Source: Phoronis australis
Taxonomy: Eukaryota; Animalia; Phoronida
Reading direction: 5' to 3'
Length of the DNA: 64,000 nucleotides
NCBI GenBank assembly: GCA_002633005.1
Contig: NMRA01000863.1
Location: forward strand, 23,600 to 87,599
The first letter of the stretch is position 1, and each line of letters begins with the position of its first letter. Shown here piece after piece: positions 38,601 through 51,891 of this stretch. Under the pieces are notes generated by a model. That model was not told the DNA's origin. It was given only the letters and a program-made list of their open reading frames with translations, and searched no databases. The translations under genes were made by a program, and so were the position numbers.

Positions 38601-40750
38601 ATTCACGCTCAATGCGATACCGAAAATTAGCTCAGTTTTTTTGTTAAAAAGCCATAGAAGAGTCCTGGGGGAAAAGTTCACTTTCACAAAATCACGTTCC
38701 AGATACAACTCTTCGTTCCATATTACTTTATAGTTATGCTATGTATTTGTAACATTTAGAGGATTTCAGAAGCTGAAAGAGAGGAATAGACATTAGGTCT
38801 TAATGAGCATTCCCACCTTCATAATCATAAGTATCACTTGCCAAGAAACTGTGGAGATTATGTCAGCTCAGTCGACATGGAGAGCATGATGTGCTGCTAT
38901 TGAAAATATTGAGAGTCCTTTTTGATTACATTCACGAAGCCCATTTTGAATGAGCAACAAACAGGGTCATGCTGCACTTGTTAGCGCGACATTCTTGTTA
39001 CCCCCTCCATTTGTCAGTCTTTGCAGTATTTCACACCTGATGTGTACCATTGCATATTTGATTAGCTTTTACTTTGTGGTGATATTACTGAGTCATTTTA
39101 TTTCCACTTGATGAAACAAGTATTTTCGAATTATCGTTTGTCGTCTCTTGGTCAGTTTCTTTACCAATGTTCTGACGATACGAACGGAATGGAATGAAGA
39201 TTGTTAACAGCAACAAGTGTCATGTATCGAACCAATTTTGCATAATCGTAGCTATGTTTAGAAGTTGCCTTACAATGTACTTTTGGCCTATGATAGTAGT
39301 GACAGCAAGTTTTTGCCACACAAGTTTTTGACACTCAAGTTTTGCAAATGATATGTCAATGTCAGTTAGCCTTTGGCCTTCCCCCTGGAACAAACTGTGA
39401 GTGAATTACAAATATTTATTGTGTAACATTGTTACAAATTCATTTTTGTTGGTTAATACTTGTGCTTATGATTATGAGCTGATTTGTACGGTACTCAATT
39501 TAAACAAACATCAAAACTAATTGCAACAAAAAATCAGCTGATGTGACTGTGTAAGTGTAAATGATAAACACGGGAAAATCGGCTGAAGACGTTTTTGGCG
39601 TTAATAACTCATAACATGTCTGAATTATTATGTGAATGTTTTAAATGACATGACAGAGAACAGTATACGCATTTTATTTTTACAAGTCTTAAACACTCCA
39701 AAAAATCAAGCAATTCGACTCATTACTTTACCAACTCTTGAAACGAGGGAACGACCGCTCCATAAAACCGGAAGTTTTCTATCCTGCGTGTGCAGCGCCC
39801 TCTCATCGTTAGTGCTTGATGTCCCGTGGCCCGCGACATGCGCAACGCGATCTAACGGGAGTTGGGCAGTCCCTATCTATAGTCTATGGTGGCAGACGGT
39901 CTTCGCACATCCGGGTTTTTGAAGGACGCTCGCGAGCTAAATCCGAAAGTCTAATTTCGCGCGGCTTTCATCATCAATCCCTCGACTACTTGATCATGAG
40001 AAGCAGAGAGCACTTTATTGCCAAATAAATGTAATTACTCACATATTTGTGTCAAATATAAATTATCTTGATACTGTATTGATATGCGAAGTTTTTGTGT
40101 ATTGTGATTTCTTATGAAGGTTTTACTTTTGGCCAAAACCATTGAGTTAACTCGTCGGCCACGCGCATTGTAATACTTGCACGGACTGCGTTTCCAGTGG
40201 CCGAGTGTGTGTTGTGCTTCAATCAAAGAAGTGCGCGATGTCAAGATGAGAAACAAGATACGCCAGTTTATGTAATGAAATTCTAAGTTAAGGGCTAAAA
40301 TGAGCCCTCAGTGGAATAAAGTTACAAATAATCATTAAAATACTAACTTTAACATTCTCAATTAGTTGACCTGTGGATTAGAATTATTGAATTTGAAATA
40401 TAGGTTGCTTGCTCAAACTCGAAGTTTCACCTACGACAGGCGTACAAGTTGAAGCACAACTGAAATCCGCCATGTTTACTATTTCAGGTCCTTGAATTCA
40501 GAGTTTTGAGATGGTTTTGAAAATTCCATTGCCAATTCACCACTCACGAAGACAGTTAATGGGATCTAGGAAAGATAAGGCTTCGAAGGTTTATGCAACA
40601 CCAGACTGAGGGAGGTGCACGCAGATTTTATTTGGATTTTGGACGGTTGAAGTTGGGGGCCTCGGCCTTGCAAAGTTTAATTGTCCAACCTTTATGTTTT
40701 TTATATATATTATTGAGTGACGTCATTTGCGATAAACCCAAGCGCCTGTG
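35611..40750. mobile_element. 5.1-kb non-autonomous DNA transposon (P- or hAT-like), 8-bp TSD
   Basis: Perfect 32-bp TIR CACAGGCGCTTGGGTTTATCGCAAATGACGTC, with subterminal AAAACATAAAGGTTGGACA mirrored. TSD GTCTCATT at 35603-35610 and 40751-40758; empty site at ~22424-22431. No coding remnant recognised. Confidence 0.9.
36624..36784. mobile_element. Small GC-ended MITE nested in the 5.1-kb element
   Basis: CAGGGGCAGATCCAGGATTTT ... CCCCCCTCTAAATCCGCTATTG imperfect inverted ends. Confidence 0.45.
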
Positions 40751-41175
40751 GTCTCATTGATCATGATCATGGTATGGAACGCCACCTATTGGCCATTCTC
40801 TTTTTATCGACAACTCAGTGACTGTTCTTTTTCCACATGTTGTGTAAATTTCATAGCGTATTATTGTTATGAGGTTTTAGTGAAGAATCGACAATGAGAA
40901 AATAGCAAAACGCCGCGTTTGTAACGAGCGACACTAGTTCTCAAGACGAAACCTTTTTGTTAATCAAATTAGGAGAATGACGCAACATGACTTTGATCTC
41001 TATCACATGGAATTGTTTTCGCGGTACCTTGAATTTTGAGCTCGTCCTCTTAGTGCCGCGGTGTTAGGTGTGGAACGATTGCATAATTTTGTGCATTCAA
41101 ATTACATTAATGAATCGGAGAACTTCTAGCGGAAACCCTAGCGCCGATATCTCGTTAAGTTATTATTGCTATTAC

Positions 41176-44100
41176 CAGGAAGAGATAACCAGGAAGGGAC
41201 AACTGTTTTAGCGCATTTTAACGGATATTCAAAAGTGATTTCAAAAGTAAATGTTAAAGTCGTCTGGAATCCAAGCATTGTGTTCGAAAGCTTAACGCTT
41301 TAGCTATAAAATGACACCACTTTGGTCTCCAAAGACTGCATATTAATGGCACTAGGTTGCTTTGAACATGACTTGTTTTACCCTTAAAAAGATGCCTCTT
41401 CCCAGGCATGTACTCGGGCATGATACTCTTTTTTGAACCAACAGATGTCTCTTATATATGCAAATGAGGCTCGCATCTCCTACGTCATATGACGTCATAC
41501 GATGTCATACGACGCGAACTTCCAATTTGAACCCTACGGTGCCTGTAGCGAATGACTTGAAACGCAGTTCTACGTGATTGGCCAGATCTAAGAAAATTAA
41601 GAACTCACACAAGTCAATGTTCAAAGAACATTGAATGGTTTCACATGAAAATACATTTAATTGTATTTGGATACGCTTGCATATGTGTATCCAGATTTAG
41701 AAGCACGGGTGTCAAGAAATAAGCTGCTCCCTCCACGGGTGGCAGGTGTCGTGGCGTCTGAGTCGCCGGGAAGTCCGATCCATGCCATGCGCAATTCGAC
41801 GAACTAATGCTAGTCGCTGGTCAGCTCCGCTATGATTCATGCGCAATTCGAAGAACTAATGATAGTCGCTGGTCAGCTCCGCTATGATTCATTTGAGACG
41901 TGCGGCTTAGCTCGAACCTATACCCGTGTTCTGGCTCCAAGGTCGTTCTGTTTGACCCTGTTTTGGGAAAAGTTTATTTTAATACAGTCATTTCCTGAAG
42001 ATTTTTTTGAAAGATATGATCTCGAAATCCTTGGCCTATAGAGCTGTTGAAACACAGCCACTCACTGGTCCAGCTTCTGCCGCCAGGCGGCTGGGGAAAA
42101 TGGTATGGAACGCGTTTCCCAAAAATGCACACACTTCAACTCCTGCAGTTCAAGTTCTTTTCCTGTCAATCACTGTGCGCGGATTCTACGCGGGCAGCCA
42201 ACACCTTATTTTTAACGTGGGTGCGTCACTGAGTCACGACGTGTCCAGCCTTTGCAGTATGCACGGGAATGTCAAGCAAACGATTCGGTTTAGAAGAACC
42301 TAAATTCATTGCACAATACTACTGGGAACTACAAGCATCAAGGAAATGCAAAGACAATCTTTCCAAATTTACGAGCAATGACTTTGAATTTCTTTTTCGA
42401 TCCGATCTACGGTTTGTAATTTTTGAATTCCTTTAGTCTATTTTTTTAGTAAAATTCAATACATTCATGAATATCACTGTTATCGTTTAGAGTCCTTCTT
42501 TGCGATATGGTGGTCTGATGATGGTTCGAATTTTTGCAAGTCCGTCCTTCAGCCTTCAAGTAAGTTCAGTGACGCATCGCCATTTCTTACAAGACAGCTC
42601 CTGTGCTGTGCACGAATGTTTTGTGTTTTTGATGAATTTGAAATCTCAACTTCCCCTCGTGTAGTTGGCAGTGTCATGTCGGAGGTGTATAGAGGGCGCA
42701 GCACTGAACAAAGTGGGGGCTAAAGCCCCCTCAGCCTCCCTGCAGTGCACCGCCTATGGACCACTGAAAAACTTGAACCAAGAGGTGTCTCGTTAACCTG
42801 TGAGGAAGGTGAGAAACGACGCTAGCGACGTCAGTGGTTCATCTGCACTAAATGAGAGTGAATGCCGCTATGTTGCGGTGCATCGTTCCCGTACGCTGTA
42901 AATAGCAAGTATGAGCCCGTGGAACATCTCCTTGTCTGTGGCCTGCAGTGGTCGACAGCCGCGTGAGTGCCTGACGAATCCCAGCTTGCCAAATAACTAT
43001 CCCTGCGTTCCGTTGTCTGAGCTTGCTCACGGCGCCTCTTTAGTATTTCTTCATCACTGTATTCCTGTTCGAACTGATAGCCTGTGAAACCTAACGATCC
43101 ACCTGCGAAGTCTTCGTCGGGACTGATGAGCTCTCGTCTAAGTCGCGGGGGATTGCGAGTTGCCATGCTGACGTTTATCACTGAGCGATCTGTTTCAAAA
43201 TGAGATTCTCACCCTAACCAATACTTATATAAAACTGAAACAAAGTCTGTCTCATTAGATGCAATTTGTAATGCCTTTGGAGTGTTCCTGAGTGCAAACA
43301 TGATTTGAGAAGCCAGCAATGAATAAATCCCTGCGTTACCGGCTTTAAGTGCAATAAAACTAATTGACGGGACACCGAGGCCGTGTGAGCTCATGCTAAT
43401 TTAGTGTTAGATGGCAGAAACTGTTGTGAAACAACTTGATTTCCATCCCACGGCCAGGTGTTAGGGGAATCTTTATTTATATTTACATTATTCAAATAAT
43501 AATTGTCAATGTACAGCTTCTGCCCTGACCATGCGCGCACCCTGGGGGGCTCGGGGGCTCGACCGAGCTAGGGCAAAGTGGCGAAGTGGACAAAAAGGTC
43601 CGCCTCTGGGAAACAAAAAGTCCGAGAAAATGAGACTTAAGTCCTCTAAATAAGCACAATCGCGCAGTTCACAGTGGTGCCCCGTTTTTTTTTAGCTCAC
43701 CCGCTTTTTGTTACCAAAAGGTCCACTAATTCGGCTATTGCGCAAGTCGACTGTATCAAGGTGGCCAGTGAAAATGTAAGGCAGCAGGCCAGTGGGCGTG
43801 TGTGCTTTCTAGTCTCTTATTATGAAAACCATTGAAGGCAATTATCAGCACCTGCAAACAAGAATTTTGAAGTATGGAGAATTTCAACAGGAGTTTGCTG
43901 TAGACTTAGTCGCGAAGCTGCAGACATTCCAGCCACGGTTACTGCCGGTCCTTCGAAGCAATTATAGCACATATGTACGATTTTTTAAGAATGGCAAGGG
44001 TGCGTTTTGTGTTGACGGAAATGTCCATTGCGTCGAGGAATCTGAGGCATTTAATGATGAACAACTGTTGTGGCTTAATTTGGAAAAACACTTAGCAAAA

Positions 44101-45213
44101 CTAACTTCCAAGTATGCATACTGTGGCGGAATTAAGAAATACGATTATGGTAGTGCTAACTGTAGCAGAGCCACAAAGTGTACTAAATTGGTAGGAAATT
44201 AGGCATAACATTTCTGTAGCAGATAAAAGGTTGATTGGCGCAGGAAAAGGCCGAGGTCTTCAATGCTCAGAAAGATTTCGGCAGGCAAGAGACTTGCCAA
44301 GAAAATGTCACAGTTGAGTCCGGGCATTCTAAAGGAAAGAACTGCAGCCAATTCCAGTTACTCGGTGCAACTTCTCTCACCCGACGGCGTTGTTTCACGA
44401 TACCGCAACCTCAAACAACGTCAAAGAAACGAAACGCGGAGGGTGACATATTTCAGAGTATTAATATTTATTCTTGGATACAGGTGTCCAACTCAAAATG
44501 AATCACCCAAGGTCATTCTTTATGCCGATAGCAATGTTTTCGCCAACTGAAGAAGAACAGGAATCATAGACATCCCGCGCGCTCCGTCTATGGTTCTGAC
44601 ACTTCAAACTTTCAACACGATAGGTAGCCGCAGAAAGTTCGATGTTGACCTCATGCTAATCTTCTCTGCAATCCACAGTCTGGGGACGAAAACAATTCAA
44701 ATCCGCTCCTCAAAATAGGGCTTGCTTAGCTGGAATTCAGAACTGCGGTCATGAGAGTGTTTTCACCTCCTGATTGCGAAGCGATCGAGTTAGCTGTGGT
44801 ATTTTCATCAGCGCGTGCTCTCAGCAGGAGGTCACCGCTTTATGCACTGAAGCGGTCGACAACAACTAAACTGACGAGAGTCTCAGAACTCCCACATGCA
44901 AATTTGATATGCAAATGAGGGAGTACTTGACTACTGCGCCATCTATACATCGACGGAAAAGCTTAAATACCCGTGACTGCGTGTGGGAAATTGCGATTGC
45001 GTGCGCTGAAGTAGATATTTTCAATGTACAATTACACCACTGTTTAAGGTTGAAAAGTGAGTTTTTTGATATCCTTCTATAGAAAAAGCTTTATTCTCTC
45101 TGATAAAATGATCTGTTTCTTTTTAAACGAAACTTAAGTCGTGAAATTAGTCCGGGGAAGGAGGCCAAAAACGGCGGTTTAGCTAGTTGTCCCTTCCTGG
45201 TTATCTCTTCCTG
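41176..45213. mobile_element. P-element-like copy 3 (4.0 kb), inverted relative to copy 1
   Basis: Both TIRs present. Perfect 7-bp TSD CTATTAC (41169-41175, 45214-45220). Empty site GCTATTACTTAATG at ~22837-22850. Confidence 0.9.
42790..43530 (-). mobile_element. Fragment of the 6341-8001 Kolobok-like family inside P-like copy 3
   Basis: Reverse-complement similarity to ~7075-7890. ORF 42831-43181 (DEDFAGGSLGFTGYQFEQEYSDEEI) matches ORF 7394-7831 (DEDFTGRSLSFTGYKFEQEHNDQEI). Confidence 0.8.
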
Positions 45214-45726
45214 CTATTACTTAATGTGCGTCTAGCTACAACAGCTCAAAAAGCAGGTGACGAAAACACGCTTACTAGAGTATGTTCAGTCTTAAACTGG
45301 TGCTTTGGGCACTGCATGGGATCAGGGCCAGAGGCGAGGAAAGCAAATAATCTGCCGATCGATGAGGTCGAGTTTGTCGCAATCCACCAGCTCTTGCAAT
45401 TCATGACAAAAGAAAAGAAAAGTTTACAGTACTCATTGCAGTGTATATTTCCACATGTCTGGATTATGGCCCAATGTAGGGACAGGTTTTACTGATTAAC
45501 GCTCTCAATACCCCCTTGTAGGCATAGGTGCGTTGCGGCGCAGATCGGTGTCTGCATTTCTCTCGACGTCCAAGAATCTCTTTTCAGTGTTGATCGTGCG
45601 GCGCTCGACTTCGGCCTCCTTGGGTGGATCAAAGCAGCAAGCCTTAGCTTCCGTGACGCTAAAATAACAATGACCTTTTTATTCGATTGCCCGCGGGAAA
45701 ATGTGTGAAACAACGAATCCAAGCTA

Positions 45727-46162
45727 GGTACCTAAACTACACGGTTAACGGGTAAACACGGTCACGGACGCATGAACACGACTCACGGACACCGTCCCCT
45801 GACTCACAAACACGGGAACGGACTCACCAACACGACCCATTCACCCAAATACACGGGACACGGACTCACATTCACGAAGAAACACCGTGGTTAACGGACC
45901 GCCAAATACGGTTTATGGACAAAATGTAGATGTCAGCTGACCCATTAAGCCGATCATAAGTCCGTGACCCGTGTTTCGCGGTCCGTTAACCGTGTTCCTC
46001 GTGAATACGAGTCCGTGTCCCGTGTATGTGGGTGAATGGATCGTGTTTCGTGAGTCCGTTACCCGTGTTTGTGAGTCAGTGGACGGTGTTTGCAGGTACT
46101 TGTGTCGTGTTCATGCGTCCGTGACCGTGTTTATGAGTCCGTTAACCGTGTAGTTAGGTACC
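45727..46162. mobile_element. Foldback element, second copy
   Basis: Same arms and flanks as 23362-23773. Confidence 0.85.
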
Positions 46163-46446
46163 TTGGAATCTAGAAAAATATCGATGTCACATACGGCCAG
46201 TTTGAACTCAGAAATCTAGTTGTGCAGGTGCGTAGTATGCCCTTGCTTTACGGGTCATAACAGTAGGCCGTACTTGCATAACTGCTCATAGCTGTTATGT
46301 TTTATGTAGTAAGAGGAATAAAAACTCAGCTTATGATGATAAAAACTAGTCTAAATCTATTACAATAAAATATGGCGGCTTGCATTACAACAACGTTTTC
46401 TTAAAACCAGTGCCACGTTTTTCCCCGTGTGTGGGTGGGCGCAGGT

Positions 46447-47113
46447 TGTTACAGACCGGTGCTAATAGCTTTCGGTGCGAAGATTGACTGAAGACTGGTT
46501 CGAGTTAATCCTTTATTAATCCCGACCGTACGTTCACAAGCCTACTCAAACAAAACGTCCGACGTAATGTCTGTTTATGCTCCAGCCAGTGCTGCGAAGC
46601 CTTGACTTGTATTGAACTTCTGAGATACTTCCAGCAACTGTTACACTCGATTCAATAACCTGCTGTCTCTATAGCTGGCTCTCTATTGACTATCGCTGTA
46701 ACTGCTGATTCTCTTCACTGCAACTCAACTGTAGTTCTACTGATAAACTTTCTTGAACTTACTTGATCTGACTTGATCTTACTGACTTAATCTTCTCTTG
46801 AACTCAACTCCCTCACACAAACCCGTACTTGTGTATTTATAGCCTAATGCATTGTTCTGGAACTTTTCATCAATTCAAGCACATTCTAGAACTTTCCTGA
46901 ATCTACCCAACCATTCTACAAACATATACTAGTCTCTAGAATACTCCAGACTGCATTAATCACTGTCATGCTAGAGTCTTCTAGAAAGTTCCACACTATA
47001 CTGCAGTAAACAAATTAAATCATCACTGTACTTAACTCAGGGGTCATGCAAATCAAACAGAATAACAAAACAAAACAACACAACTAAAAATACTGTCAGA
47101 CCATACTCTGACA
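46447..47113 (-). mobile_element. 3' LTR of the Gypsy element
   Basis: Minus strand TGTCAGAG...TCTGTAACA, with TATAAATA (~46834-46841) and AATAAA (~46512-46517). Lies just downstream of the RNase H stop and a purine-rich tract. Confidence 0.75.
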
Positions 47114-47181
47114 ACGCATCCCTGCCATAATTTTCTAACACAAAATCATCCGGCATATATAATCTACTACTGTATCCGCCG

Positions 47182-50100
47182 CTAAAGTGCTCCTTGACTT
47201 ACCGGCTCTGCAAGTCGACTTAAATAGTCTGCACCAACGTTGCATTTTCCAGGGATATCCTCCACATGGAATTTATAATTCTGCAGCGCTATAGCCCATC
47301 GCATAACCCTGGGACTTTCAATCTTACAACGCTGAATATATACCAGTGGTTTGTGGTCTGTTTGCACCACGAATTCTGTCCCATACAGATAAAACTGAAA
47401 ACGTTTAACAGTAAACACTATTGCTAAACACTCTTTCTCTTCTGTAAAGTAATGCCGCTCGCTTTCTTTAAGCTTCCGGCTGGCATAAGCAATAGGGAAT
47501 ATCCCATCGTCAAACTCTTGCAGTAAGACTGCCCCTAAACCATCGTTTGACGCGTCTGTTCTGACGATGAATCTCTGAGTGAAGTCAGGCACCCGTAGGA
47601 TCGGGCTGCTTCCGAGCACTTGTTTTAACTTCTTGAATGCCTGTTCATGAATATCGGTCCACACGACTTTCTTTGGTTGGCCCTTCTTCAGTAAATCTGT
47701 CAATGGTGTGGCTATCTGTGCATAGCCAGGCACAAACTTTCAGTAATACCCTGCAAGTCCTAGGAATGACCGTACCTCAGTTTTTGTAGATGGTGTTGGT
47801 GCATCCTGGATCTTCATTAGCTTNTGGCCCTTCTTCAGTAAATCTGTCAATGGTGTGGCTATCTGTGCATAGCCAGGCACAAACTTTCGGTAGTACCCTG
47901 CAAGCCCTAGGAATGATCTCACTTCTGTCTTAGTAGATGGTGTTGGTGCATCCTGGATCTTCATTAGCTTTTGGTCGTCCATAGCTATCTTGTTTGTCCC
48001 AACTTGATGTCCAAGGAACTCCACCTCCTGATAGCCAATGCTGCACTTTGACGGTCTTACTGTCAAGCCTGCTCGTTTTACTCTCTGAAACAAGTCTCTC
48101 AGTGTACGGAGATGCTCCTCCCAGGTGACAGTGTGGAGTAGCACATCGTCGACATACTGCTCGATATTACCTGAGCCTGCTAGCATTTTTCTCATCATCC
48201 TGTTGAACGTGGCCGCCGAATTTACCGAGCCAAACGGCATTCTGCGGAACTGATAACAGCCTCCTGGAGTCACAAATGCCGTCTTCTCTTTACTAGCCAC
48301 ATCCATGGGAATTTGCCAGAAGCCCTTCGTGAAGTCGAACTTCGAGAAGAAACGTTGACCATGCAGATTAGTCATAATAGCTTCTGGGTTACCCATGGGC
48401 TCGTTATCAAACTTAGTCACCGCATTTAGCCGTCGGTAGTCAACACAGAACCTTGTTGTGCCGTCCTTTTTAGCCACCAACACTACAGGAGAACTGTAAG
48501 CCGAGGTGGAAGGCTCAATTATGTTCATCTTTAACATCTATTGCACTTCCTTCTTCACTAGGTCCTGAGTATTGTATGACATCTGACGTGGTCTCACTCT
48601 CACTGGTTGTTCTGTTGTCAACTCGATGACGTGGCTGGCCAAATCAGTCTCTCCAGGCTGATCGGTAAAGATACCGCGGTAATCATAAAGAAGCCGTAGT
48701 GCCTGTTCACGTTGTTCTGACGTCAAGGAATTGCACAACTTAACGTCCTTGTAGGTTTCACTGTGAACTTCCGGTCGAAGCTCTAAACCGCCTTCATCAA
48801 GAAGGGTCGCTTCGTCAGTCGCACACTCCTCAATTAACACCGCACCGATCGCTTCATCTTTACCTGTGGTGTTGTCAGCTTCGCGTTCGTGGTACGCCTT
48901 CAACAGATTGGCATGGAAGATCTTAATCTTGCCGTTCATGTTGATTCTGTAGTCCATACGATTGACTTTTTCTGTGACTTCGTAAGGCCCCTTCCACTGC
49001 AGAGTAAGCTTGTTATGATCTGTGGGAAGTAATACCAACACTCTTTGTCCCACTTGAAACTGCCTATCCCTGGCTTTTTTGTCATAGTAATGCTTGTGAA
49101 TACCCTGTGCATCATACAAGTTTTTTCTAGCCAACTCGCAGGTCTCCTCTAAGCGGTTCCTGAGCTCGAAGACATACTGGTAAGTATTACGGACGTCGTT
49201 GCTGTCTTCCCCTGTCCAGAGTTCGCTCAGTATTTGCATCGGACCTTTCATTGTCCTGCCGTATAACAACTCAAAGGGTGAAAATCCTGTGCTTGATTGC
49301 GGGACTTCTCGGTAAGCAAATAGGACAGCTGGCAGATACCGGTCCCAATCCTTTGGTCTTTCTTGACACATTTTCTTCAGCATGGCCTTTAGAGCACCGT
49401 TGATCCTCTCACAGAGCCCGTTACAGCGTGGATTGTAAGGGGTCGTGTACAGCTGCTTTGCACTCACAAGCCTGCTGACCTCCTTCATCAGTTCCGCTGT
49501 GAACTGCATTCCACGATCACTCAGGATCTCTCGTGGGAACCCTACTCTACTGAAGACTTCTAATAACGCTCTGTCTCAATCTTCGGTAGCGCCACTGCTT
49601 CTGGATACCTGGTAGCGAAATCTACCACCGTGAGTATGTATCTGTTTCCTTTGTCGGAAACTGGAGCTATAGGGCCAATCAGATCGATCGCGATCCTTTT
49701 GAAAGGCTCCTCCATCAAAGGCATCTCTCCCAGGGGTACCTTGGTCACTTGACCTTTCGGGATTGTCTTCTGACAGATGTCGCATGATCTGCAGAATCTG
49801 GTCACTTCTGATGCCACTCCTGGCCAATAGAAGTTGCTGGTGATACGGTCAGTTGTCTTCCTAACACCGAGGTGTCCACCGAGTATAGACTCATGAGCAA
49901 GCCTCATCACGGACTTCCGTAAACTGCTCGGCACGACAACTTGTTTAACCTCGTCACCGTCTTTCTTTTTGAACATCCGATAGAGTATTCCCTTCTGAAT
50001 CTCAATCACATACAACCCCTTGCCTTTGGTCTGTCGCTTAACTTTGGCTTCAGCTTGCTCTCATAACTTTTTCATTAATGAATCTTCATGCTGGGCTTCT

Positions 50101-50210
50101 TTGAACTGCTTTAGTCCCACTTCTTGTATGGTTGGGGACACAACTAACGGTTTAATGTCCGATTTTTGTCGCTCTTCCTGAGCCCTGGTAGTCACTGCTA
50201 CCGCTTCCCT
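47182..50210 (-). pseudogene. pol: Ty3/Gypsy Gmr1-type pol (integrase - RT - RNase H), disrupted
   Basis: AVTTRAQ; H-H-C-C zinc finger (AHESILGGHLG..CRSCDICQK); rve core (IAIDLIGP, SDRG, ERING); RT (RFCVDYRRLN, FRRMPFG, YVDD); RNase H (VRTDAS, EKECLAI, TDHKPL, ADYLSR). Stop at 48538-48540, frameshift deletion near 49566, N-joined duplication at 47824. Confidence 0.95.
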
Positions 50211-50211
50211 N

Positions 50212-51890
50212 CTTCTGGGTTACCCATGGGCTCGTTGTCAAACTTGGTCACTGCATTCAGCCGTCGATAGTCAACACAGAACCTTGTGATGCCATCCTTT
50301 TTAGCCACCAACACTACAGGAGAGCTGTAAGCTGAAGTCCAAGGCTCAGTGATGTACATCTTTAACATCTCCTGCACTTCCTTCTTCACTAGGTCCTGAG
50401 TAGTGTATGGCATCTGACGTGGTCTCACTCTCACTGGTTGTTCTGTTGTCAACTCGATGACGTGGCTAGCTAAATCGGTCTCTCCAGGCTGATTGGTAAA
50501 GATGCCACGGTAATCATAAAGAAGCCGTAGTGCCTGTTCACGTTGTTCTGACGTCAAGGAATCGCACAGCTTAACGTCCTTGTAGGTTTCACTGTGAACT
50601 TCCGGTCGAAGCTCTAAACCGCCTTCATCAAGAAGGGTCGCTTCGTCAGTCACACACTCCTCAATTAACAAAACACCAATCGCTTCATCTTTACCTGTGG
50701 TGTTGTCAGCTTCGCGTTCGTGATACGCCTTCAACAGATTGGCATGGAAGATCTTAATCTTGCCGTTCATGTTGATTCTGTAGTCCATACGATTGANGGT
50801 AATCATAAAGAAGCCGTAGTGCCTGTTCACGTTGCTCTGACGTCAAGGAATCGCACAGCTTAACGTCCTTGTAAGTTTCACTGTGAACTTCCGGTCGAAG
50901 CTCTAAACCGCCTTCATCAAGAAGGGTCGCTTCGTCACTCACACACTCTTCAATCAACACAGCGCCTATTGCTTTATCTTTGACTGTGACGTTGTCAGGC
51001 TCGCGTTCGTGATACGCCTTCAACAGATTGGCATGGAAGATCTTAATTTTACCATTCATGTTGACGCGGTAATCCATACGGTTGACTTTTTCTTTAACCT
51101 TCTAAGGCCCCTTCCACTGCAGTGTAAGCTTATTGTGGTCTGTGGGAAGTAATACTAACACTCTTTGTCCCACTTGAAACTGCCTATCTCTGGCCTTCTT
51201 GCCATAGTAATGCTTGTGAATACCCTGTGCTTTGTATAAACTTTTTCTAGCCAACTCGCAAGTCTCCTCTAAGCGGTTCCTGAGCTCGAAGACATACTGG
51301 TAAGTATTACGGACGTCATTGCTGTCTTCCCCTGTCCAGAGTTCGCTCAGTATTTGCATCGGACCTTTTATTGTCCTGCCGTATAACAACTCAAAGGGTG
51401 AAAATCCTGTGCTCGATTGCGGTACTTCCCGGTAAGCAAACAGGACTGCGGGCAGATACCGGTCCCAATCCTTTGGTCTTTCTTGACACATTTTCTTCAG
51501 CATGGCCTTTAGAACACCGTTGATTCTCTCACAGAGCCCGTTACCGCGTGGATTGTAAGGGGTCGTGTACAGCTGCTTTGCACTGACAAGCCTGCTGACC
51601 TCCTTCATCAGTTCCGCTGTGAACTGTGTTCCACGATCGCTCAGGATCTCTCGTGGGAACCCTACTCTACTGAAGACTTCTAATAATGCTTCAGCCACAC
51701 GCTCTGTCTCAATCTTCGGTAGCGCCACTGCTTCTGGATACCTGGTAGCGAAATCTACCACCGTGAGAATGTATCTGTTTCCCTTGTCGGAAACTGGAGC
51801 TATAGGGCCAATCAGATCGATCGCGATCCTTTTGAAAGGCTCCTCCATCAAAGGCATCTCTCCCAGGGGTACCTTGGTCACTCGACCTTT
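50212..51890 (-). pseudogene. pol: Two further N-separated fragments of related Gmr1-type pol copies (linker/RT start; integrase/linker)
   Basis: 50212-50796 repeats ~48380-48965; 50798-51890 repeats ~48678-49757 with substitutions. Ns at 50211, 50797 and 51891. Confidence 0.9.
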
Positions 51891-51891
51891 N

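Noticed and set aside
47734-47900. Tandem duplication within RT/RNase H
   Set aside because: Centred on a single N at 47824; most simply an assembly overlap between variant copies.
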